Shown here: in pieces, positions 33,289 to 39,253 of the stretch
Layout of the letters: each line of letters begins with the position of its first letter
Position numbering within the stretch: position 1 is the first letter of the stretch
Source of the DNA: a virus
Lineage: Duplodnaviria > Caudoviricetes
IMG/VR virus record: IMGVR_UViG_3300017754_001141
Coordinates: 1-39,253 of that record
Direction: 5' to 3' (one strand)
DNA: 39,253 nucleotides
Translations under genes and position numbers: made by a program
The notes under the pieces: generated by a model
Seen by the model: only the letters and a program-made list of their open reading frames with translations
Told to the model about the DNA's origin: nothing
Database searches by the model: none

Positions 33289-33801
33289 TTACCAGCCGGG
33301 GCAGTCCCAGCGTTTCAATGATGCCTTTGCCCTTGGTGCGTCGCCCTTTGAATGCTCCACCACGCCACTCATTCGTGCGCAGAAAGAATCCTTGCGAGCG
33401 CCCCCTTGGGGCTGTGGAGCCTTCAGGTGGCTACCTGTCTCTCGGTTGTACTTATCTCGACCCTTCTGGGTCAATCCAGCACCCTTGGCGACAGATAGTT
33501 TTTCGCCTCTACCAACCGCCAGAGACACGCCACCTTCTTTTTTCTTTACTGTTTTGGCTGACTGTTTGAAAGCTTCAGCAGTTGGCGCACCTTTGCTACC
33601 AACTCGACGCATTTTTTCGCCAGAGCCTTCAGCAATTCTTTGCTGTTTTCGATGAATGTTTTCATAAAGTCCACCTTCTTTCATGCCTTTATCGGCGCGA
33701 ATAAATTCTTTACCAACCTTTTGCGGCACACCACCAAAACCGCCCTTAGTGTGAGCGGCGGCTTCCATCAAGCGATGTTGGGCTGGTGATTTGCTTGGCA
33801 T
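33289..33801 (-). CDS. Basic three-module protein; last module DUF6321-like
   Basis: Modules joined by MKEGG and KKEGG; GLT.KGR..YNRETG..LKAP...RKDSFCARM...RWDC. Confidence 0.8.
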   Translation of the reverse strand: MPSKSPAQHRLMEAAAHTKGGFGGVPQKVGKEFIRADKGMKEGGLYENIHRKQQRIAEGSGEKMRRVGSKGAPTAEAFKQSAKTVKKKEGGVSLAVGRGEKLSVAKGAGLTQKGRDKYNRETGSHLKAPQPQGGARKDSFCARMSGVVEHSKGDAPRAKASLKRWDCPGW

Positions 33802-33803
33802 GG

Positions 33804-34208
33804 TCAGGCGTATGACTTAACCATCTCAAGCACAACGGTGTAGGTATCACCAGCACTTGCATCAAGCGTGGTAAATGTGACTGCACCATCAACACCAGTT
33901 CCAGCGTTGTTGGTCAGACCGCCAATTGCGCTGAAATCTTGTTGGTAACTGTTGTTTTGGGGAATTGTTTCAATAACCACGGGCGTGGTTGCTTTCCACT
34001 TCATTTGCACTTCCATGCCATGGGTCAGGCCAGTAATTTTTGTAATGGCTACCTTATTGCAAGCGCCACCTGCCGCAGATGGATTCAACGACGCAGGATT
34101 AACTTTGACAACATTGGTCTCACCAGTGCCATCACTGGTGTTTGTAAATTTCATGATTGCAATACGCTCACCATCAAAGAGCGTTTGACTTCCGACTGCA
34201 TCAGCCAT
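33804..34208 (-). CDS. Virion structural protein (134 aa)
   Basis: MADAV.SQTL.DG...IMKFTN.SDGTGE..V.KV...GD.YT.VLEM.K beta-rich family. Confidence 0.75.
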   Translation of the reverse strand: MADAVGSQTLFDGERIAIMKFTNTSDGTGETNVVKVNPASLNPSAAGGACNKVAITKITGLTHGMEVQMKWKATTPVVIETIPQNNSYQQDFSAIGGLTNNAGTGVDGAVTFTTLDASAGDTYTVVLEMVKSYA

Positions 34209-34217
34209 ATTTGTTCC

Positions 34218-34247
34218 TTAAAGAAAGTGGGAGCCGAAGCCCCCACT
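34218..34247 (-). terminator. Intrinsic terminator after the 509-aa gene
   Basis: AGTGGGGGC-TTCG-GCTCCCACT followed by TTCTTT. Confidence 0.75.
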
Positions 34248-34252
34248 CGTTT

Positions 34253-35782
34253 TCAACAAGCGCGACCGCCCCGCTTTTTGCCGGGCGACACAGTCACCGA
34301 TTTCTCAGTCTTTGTGACGCTACCAGCAGGTGGGACAAAATAGTCTTTGGCCTTGCCAGCAAGCTCTTTCACCATACTGAAAGGGTTCAAAGCTTCTTCA
34401 AGCTCCCTGCTTGCTTTGTCAGACACGGCCTTTGGATTCTTGACCGTGTTCTTTTCATCGCTTGCAGAGCCGCCGTCTTCAAACTTTCTTGCCTTTCCGC
34501 CATCCTTGTAGCGGTTCAATTGACCTTTTGCGGTGTCATGAGCGTCGCTCAAGTCATCGGTGTGGTAGTCGGATTCAGAGCGGTATTTGCCGTCTGGATC
34601 GTAAAACTTCACACGATGCTCACCCCAATCTTTGTCTTTATAAACCTTGGCGACATGGCCTTTGGGGCCAGCATGGGTCTTCAAAAGACGAAGGTTTGGC
34701 TTCTCTTCTTTTTCAACCTTGCCGCCTCTTGCAAAAGTGCCAGACTGCAAGCTGTTTGCCACGGGGCGGGAAACGGGACGGCTTGGCATTTTTACTGCCT
34801 TACCCTCGTCGTTTACATTACCCCCCGTGGCATAGGCTTTTTTTGAGGCTTTGCCCCCCATTTTGTAGCCGCCACCATTACCCAGTTTTACGTCGCCAGT
34901 TTTTGCTGGTGAACGATCAACCTTGGCTGTGTCCATCTTGGTGTTGCGATACTCGCCGCCCTGACCTTCGGTGTTGATGATGCCGCCTTTGGCGTAGCCA
35001 CCCTGACCCAAAGCAACGCCGCCAGTCTTGTAACCGCCGCCATTGCCCTTGGTGACACCGCCAGTCTTCAAGGACAGTTTTGTGCCCTTGCCGCCAGCGT
35101 GTTCCTGAGCGTCATGTTGCTTCATGGCCTTTTTGATCATGGCCTTGTCTTGCGACATATCGGCAGAGCCGCCATCCTTACGGAAAATGCCCCGCATATT
35201 TGGCATAGCTTTAGAAACAGCACCCAGCATGCCGCTCTTTGCAGTAGCAATCATTTGCGGAGTTGCTTTTCCTTTAACTGCTTCAACAATTTTAGGAATT
35301 GCTTCCATTGGGCCACGCATTCCTACAGAAGGAGTGGAGGATTTTGGAGCCGCCTTAATTGTTTCAATGACTTTAGGAATCATTTTGCCCATTCCACCCA
35401 GTCCGCCAGCCATAGAAGGTAGCATTTTGGGTGGAGTTTGGGGAGCCGATGATTTTGCTTTAGAAGCGGCTTCTGCAACCAATTTTCCAATCATGCCGCC
35501 AAAAGACTTCTTGACAACTTTCCCGCCCTTGTTGAAGTTGGGGTTCATTGCCTGACGACGTGCGCTCATGGAAGGCTTTTTGGGAGCGTTGCCGCTCTCT
35601 GCTTCCATGGACTCGCGGTACTTGGGGTTGCTGGACATTGGAGCAAAACCATTTTCAGCCTTTGCAAGCTGTTTGGTGTTGACGTGTCCACCCTTTGCCA
35701 TTTTCAGGATGACTGAAGGCTCAGTCGTGTCCATCTTTGGCATTTGCTTAAAGCCACCAGCACTTGATTTTTTTGTAGCCAT
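34253..35782 (-). CDS. Lys/Gly/Met-rich protein with about 13 x-x-x-GG motifs (candidate polyprotein or internal head protein)
   Basis: MAKGG, FNKGG, KSFGG, RKDGG, LKTGG, YKTGG, YAKGG, YKMGG, YATGG, FARGG, YKDGG, FEDGG, KKRGG. Confidence 0.8.
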   Translation of the reverse strand: MATKKSSAGGFKQMPKMDTTEPSVILKMAKGGHVNTKQLAKAENGFAPMSSNPKYRESMEAESGNAPKKPSMSARRQAMNPNFNKGGKVVKKSFGGMIGKLVAEAASKAKSSAPQTPPKMLPSMAGGLGGMGKMIPKVIETIKAAPKSSTPSVGMRGPMEAIPKIVEAVKGKATPQMIATAKSGMLGAVSKAMPNMRGIFRKDGGSADMSQDKAMIKKAMKQHDAQEHAGGKGTKLSLKTGGVTKGNGGGYKTGGVALGQGGYAKGGIINTEGQGGEYRNTKMDTAKVDRSPAKTGDVKLGNGGGYKMGGKASKKAYATGGNVNDEGKAVKMPSRPVSRPVANSLQSGTFARGGKVEKEEKPNLRLLKTHAGPKGHVAKVYKDKDWGEHRVKFYDPDGKYRSESDYHTDDLSDAHDTAKGQLNRYKDGGKARKFEDGGSASDEKNTVKNPKAVSDKASRELEEALNPFSMVKELAGKAKDYFVPPAGSVTKTEKSVTVSPGKKRGGRAC

Positions 35783-35794
35783 GACTGCCTCCTA

Positions 35795-36778
35795 TTAGGC
35801 TTGAGTTACGCCGAGAGCACCAATGCGAGTTGCGTTGGGGCCAACCGCGATGCCGGGCAGTGAAATGGTCATCACTGTGCGAACGATACCGTTCGATGCA
35901 GTAGCAGGCGCATAAGTGCCGCGAACGTCACCAGTACCTGTGGTTGCAGTAGCAGTGTCAGCAGGGAGGAACGCACCAGCGTCTTGCGCCAATGTGCTGT
36001 TGCTCTTAACGCTCACAATGTAACCAGCGTTTGCAACGCGAACTGGGATACCCAGAACGTCGGTTGTTCCAACTGCCACAGTACCGCCAACAGCACCAGA
36101 GGTGGTGATAGAGGTGACGATGTAGAAGGCTTTCAAGCCGCTCACAGTGGTGGACTGGGTTGTGCCAGTTGCAATCACTTCGCTCATTGGCTGACCGTAG
36201 TAGTCATAGCCGCTGATGGTGATGTTGCGATTGGCGATAGTGCCAGTGCCAATTGTGATGATCAATGTGCGAGGCACATCAACGGCATATCCAATTGAAC
36301 CGTTGCTCAATGTCACAGCCTTAACCGATGTTCCAGCAGTCAAAGTGAATGCGCTGGTTGGTGACTGAGCAGTAGCAATGTTGTTTGCAACTTTAGCCTG
36401 TGGCACAACGTCCCAAATGTAGACGCGACCCAGAGGGCCGATACCCAAGTCCATAGGGGCTGGGTTGTCAAAGGGTACATTGCCGTGCAGGGTAAGTGCA
36501 GTGGTGTTTGCGACGTTAATCGCTTGATTGAGGGTGTATGTACCAACACCACCATTACCAGTGCCAAAGGCAGTGATGTAAGTGCCGTCAGCAACACTTG
36601 TTCCATCAACATACATACCGAGAGCGATTGGTGCGCCAAAGCCCACAGCAGTCACTGTCAAAGTAGTTGAGGAAGAGCCACCAGAACCGCCAGTTGCGGT
36701 GGTGCTGTAGTTGCGCATACCCGTACCCATGTAGGTTTGGGCAGGGCCTAAAAATAGGTCGTCTGAAAATTGAGGCAT
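35795..36778 (-). CDS. Capsid decoration/minor structural protein
   Basis: Directly after the major capsid gene; MPQFSDDLFLG; Thr/Gly/Ala beta-rich. Confidence 0.65.
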   Translation of the reverse strand: MPQFSDDLFLGPAQTYMGTGMRNYSTTATGGSGGSSSTTLTVTAVGFGAPIALGMYVDGTSVADGTYITAFGTGNGGVGTYTLNQAINVANTTALTLHGNVPFDNPAPMDLGIGPLGRVYIWDVVPQAKVANNIATAQSPTSAFTLTAGTSVKAVTLSNGSIGYAVDVPRTLIITIGTGTIANRNITISGYDYYGQPMSEVIATGTTQSTTVSGLKAFYIVTSITTSGAVGGTVAVGTTDVLGIPVRVANAGYIVSVKSNSTLAQDAGAFLPADTATATTGTGDVRGTYAPATASNGIVRTVMTISLPGIAVGPNATRIGALGVTQA

Positions 36779-36811
36779 GTCGTCTTCTCCTTGAAAAGCT
36801 TGACGAAAATT

Positions 36812-36843
36812 AAAAATTGGGGAGAGGTTTTATCCCCTCCCCA
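36812..36843 (-). terminator. Intrinsic terminator after the major capsid gene
   Basis: TGGGGAGGGG-ATAAAA-CCTCTCCCCA followed by ATTTTTAATTTT. Confidence 0.75.
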
Positions 36844-36855
36844 TCTTGGCGTTGT

Positions 36856-37770
36856 TTAAGCGCCCGGTGTGCCGTACATGGCACGAGGATCGGTAAAGCC
36901 GATGTCGTAACGCTCTGTCGCTTTGTAGCGCATAGAGTCAGTCTCGAAGTCACCTTCCATGGTCTTCTCCAAACCACGACGCATCATGAGCTTCATGCCC
37001 TCTGGAGCGTCGGTCTGAACCCACCATGCAGTGCTGGAAGACAAACGTGACAACACAGCCGCGCCTTCGTCCAACAAACCGATGGACTTGACAGGGTTGA
37101 TGTCGTTGTTTGCGTTACCAGTACGCAAGACAGATTTCAACAACACTTCAGCTTGGAAGATGTTGCCGGGAGCCACCACCAATTGGCGGGGAACCAAACG
37201 AATCTTCTTGCCGTTGTTGTCCACTGCTTGACGGATTTGAATCAGCATCTGTTCGAGAGATGTCTGAGACAAAACTGCGGCTGTAGACAGTTGGTTGCTG
37301 AAAGTACCGTTCACGATTGGGTGAGCAGTGCTGATCAAAGGTACGCCGTCGCCACCGGGGTAGCTAGAGTTGAACGCAGTGTTCAGGACGTTTGCCGCCA
37401 ACAGTTCTTTGGTCTCCACCAGAGATTGAGCCAAGTGACGTGCATACACTTGACCAATACGGATGTGGTCGCCGTCTTCGTACAACACTTTGGTCAAAGC
37501 GAAGGCCAAGCCATACACCTTGTACACATAGCGTTTTAAGAAGAGAACACCACCCTGTTGGTAGGTAACAGGAGTGCCGTCAGGTAACTGAGGAGCGGCT
37601 CCGAAACCGTACAGAACAGGTTCTTCGTGGTAGTTGCGGGGAATGCCTGTTTGCTCACGGAACACACGGCTCCATTCGTCGGCACGTTGGTCATAGACTC
37701 CATCGAAGCATTCGTTGAGAATAGGTTCAACAATACTTCTAAAGTCCGTACTTCGCATTGGTGCGGCCAT
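36856..37770 (-). CDS. Major capsid protein
   Basis: EP.LN..F...Y; GFG.AP...G..V.Y; GGDGV.L.ST.HP; L..TSLE; P..L.V.P; EGDFET..MRYKA.ERY..G..D.R..YG.PG. Confidence 0.9.
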   Translation of the reverse strand: MAAPMRSTDFRSIVEPILNECFDGVYDQRADEWSRVFREQTGIPRNYHEEPVLYGFGAAPQLPDGTPVTYQQGGVLFLKRYVYKVYGLAFALTKVLYEDGDHIRIGQVYARHLAQSLVETKELLAANVLNTAFNSSYPGGDGVPLISTAHPIVNGTFSNQLSTAAVLSQTSLEQMLIQIRQAVDNNGKKIRLVPRQLVVAPGNIFQAEVLLKSVLRTGNANNDINPVKSIGLLDEGAAVLSRLSSSTAWWVQTDAPEGMKLMMRRGLEKTMEGDFETDSMRYKATERYDIGFTDPRAMYGTPGA

Positions 37771-37781
37771 TTTCTAGCTCC

Positions 37782-38381
37782 TTATGCAATAGCAGTCACA
37801 GAACCGAAGAACTGAGACTGAGCGTTAACGACACGGACGATGGTGTAGGAATCACCCCACGCATTGTCCACATATGGAGCGATGTCAACGACACGCATCT
37901 GACCTTGGACACCGTTACCAGCGGCAGTAGCAGAGCCAAGAGTGGCTTGCGACAAACCTGTGGTAGATGAACCAGCGGTAGTGTTTGTGAAGTTGTATTC
38001 GTTTCCGATGGTGGTCTGAGCCATTGAGCCATCAGCTTGGATTTCATAAACGATGTTTTGGTCGTTGTAGAAATAAGCGATGCAAGAGCCTGTTGTGAAG
38101 GCTGTGCTTGCAGGCCAATAGTTAGACACACGGCGACGAACTGTAGTGTCAGTCCACTCAACGCCTGCGAATGCACCAGACCACGCAACAGCGGAGCCAG
38201 AGGCAGGAGCAGTAGTGAGGGGAACGATTACGCCTGCGGAAGCAGAGTAAGCGACAGGTTGTCCCTTGAGGATTTGGGTTGCATAACCCGAAGTGATACC
38301 GTTAGCCAACGCTTGAGCGCGATCCAGACCAGAAGGGTGGAACGCAGGGCGCAGACCAAACGGAGCGGATGTACTAGACAT
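37782..38381 (-). CDS. Capsid cement/stabilising protein
   Basis: APFGLRP...G.F.GVE.TD...D.NIVYEIQADG...TG.S; immediately upstream of the major capsid gene. Confidence 0.72.
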   Translation of the reverse strand: MSSTSAPFGLRPAFHPSGLDRAQALANGITSGYATQILKGQPVAYSASAGVIVPLTTAPASGSAVAWSGAFAGVEWTDTTVRRRVSNYWPASTAFTTGSCIAYFYNDQNIVYEIQADGSMAQTTIGNEYNFTNTTAGSSTTGLSQATLGSATAAGNGVQGQMRVVDIAPYVDNAWGDSYTIVRVVNAQSQFFGSVTAIA

Positions 38382-38399
38382 ATTTAACTCCTTGTTGAA

Positions 38400-38948
38400 T
38401 TACCCGTAAAAGACGGGAGCCTTCATTGGTTGCTGATCAAATGAACCCATCCCTTCGCCCTCAACACTAACAAGCGACTTTCCGTTGCTGTCTCTAGCTC
38501 CCTGCAAGGACTCCAACTGAACACGGACTTTCTCCGCTTCTTCGTTGGGCATATCATGGTGCATGTGGGTCATGTAGTCCTGATATACGTCCATCGGAAT
38601 CTTGAAAAGCAACATCTCGTTGCATGAAATATATCCAACGTGTTCGCCAGCTTTGACACGGTAGTCTTCATATCCGGGCAACTCTTCCGATTTAACGGGA
38701 ACGTACCCTAGACGAATTCTCTTATCAATACTGTCGTAACTATTGGTTGTTGAAAGCCAGCAGAGATGCCACCCGTCGATGCCGGGCAACTTGGGCAATG
38801 CCGATTGCGTCCACTCTTCGTTCCACATACGACGACGTTCATTCTTAGAGGGGAACTTATCTTCTGGTGATGCGCGGGTTGCGTCCTCGCTTGCGCGGTC
38901 GTTGCGACCACCCGCATTCAGAGATTTTTTTAAACGAGATTCAGTCAT
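38400..38948 (-). CDS. Conserved head-module protein
   Basis: Start ATG 38948 (MTESRLKK); P...GWHLCW...RIRLGYVPV...MLLFKIP. Confidence 0.75.
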   Translation of the reverse strand: MTESRLKKSLNAGGRNDRASEDATRASPEDKFPSKNERRRMWNEEWTQSALPKLPGIDGWHLCWLSTTNSYDSIDKRIRLGYVPVKSEELPGYEDYRVKAGEHVGYISCNEMLLFKIPMDVYQDYMTHMHHDMPNEEAEKVRVQLESLQGARDSNGKSLVSVEGEGMGSFDQQPMKAPVFYG

Positions 38949-38950
38949 GA

Positions 38951-39253
38951 TTATTTGCCTTCCATGTTTCGAGATTGTTGTGCGTAGCGACGGATCATGC
39001 GATTGCGGGACTCTGTGTTGTCCCACATTCCCGCTTCCTTAATTGCGTTCACCTGTTGAGGTGTCAGCGTAAAGGTGCGGTTTGATCCACCGTATGAAGC
39101 TGATGCTTCTCGCCCTGAACTTCCCACTACATTCCTCGGCTTTCTGTCAGACGAATTTCGTTCTGCGGAGACATTGTAGCGGTGGGGTAAATGTTTTTGC
39201 AAGCGGTTGTCAAGCTCATCCCAGTAGTCTGGATCGTTGGGGTTCCACCCCTC
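38951..39253 (-). CDS. Probable capsid scaffolding protein, C-terminal part (5' truncated)
   Basis: Frame is open to the window edge: EGWNPNDPDYWDELDNRLQKHLPHRY...FTLTPQQVNAIKEAGMWD; position upstream of the capsid genes. Confidence 0.65.
   Translation of the reverse strand, partial: EGWNPNDPDYWDELDNRLQKHLPHRYNVSAERNSSDRKPRNVVGSSGREASASYGGSNRTFTLTPQQVNAIKEAGMWDNTESRNRMIRRYAQQSRNMEGK

Larger units (their letters stand above)
1..39253. mobile_element. Tailed phage genome segment, podovirus-like virion module
   Basis: Dense, co-oriented phage genes: TerS, major capsid, adaptors, gp10-like hub, ejection proteins, endolysin, RusA, DUF1376 initiator. No host housekeeping genes. Confidence 0.97.

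Noticed and set aside
33939-35798. Long plus-strand ORFs opposite the 509-aa and 134-aa genes
   Set aside because: Antisense shadows with no coding features.
37548-37566. YQQGG in the major capsid protein resembles the YKQGG motif
   Set aside because: Single occurrence inside a folded capsid domain; likely chance. It shows the short motif alone is not specific.
1-39253. tRNA genes, introns or alternative genetic code
   Set aside because: No cloverleaf seen in the short intergenic gaps, and genes are intact in the standard code.

Overview
The whole window is a tailed dsDNA phage genome segment with a podovirus-like (P22/T7-style, no tape measure or tail tube) virion module. It has three blocks. 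(1) 1-8848, minus strand: a Cro-like HTH, a DUF1376 replication initiator with an internal origin, RusA, a Ref-like nuclease, DUF932, DUF6011, many small genes, and a terminase small subunit cut off at the left edge. (2) 8954-12798, plus strand: SSB-like protein, two small wHTH proteins, a lipoprotein, a PD-(D/E)XK nuclease and a Tad2/DUF2829 sponge. (3) 12795-39253, minus strand: scaffold (truncated), capsid proteins, adaptors, tail fibres, lysis genes, a gp10-like hub and ejection proteins. TerL and portal are not in the window, and no integrase, CI, tRNA or CRISPR is visible. The most notable signal is a possible virion-cargo addressing or processing system. A repeated [YFMLK]-x-x-GG motif separates modules in four genes downstream of the capsid genes. 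Two unrelated proteins share a 26-aa C-terminal tag. The Tad2 homologue carries a 17-aa copy of the scaffold C-terminal motif. A repeated promoter/operator cassette and a candidate structured RNA upstream of the replication gene are also seen. All family assignments come from motif recognition by eye, not database searches.
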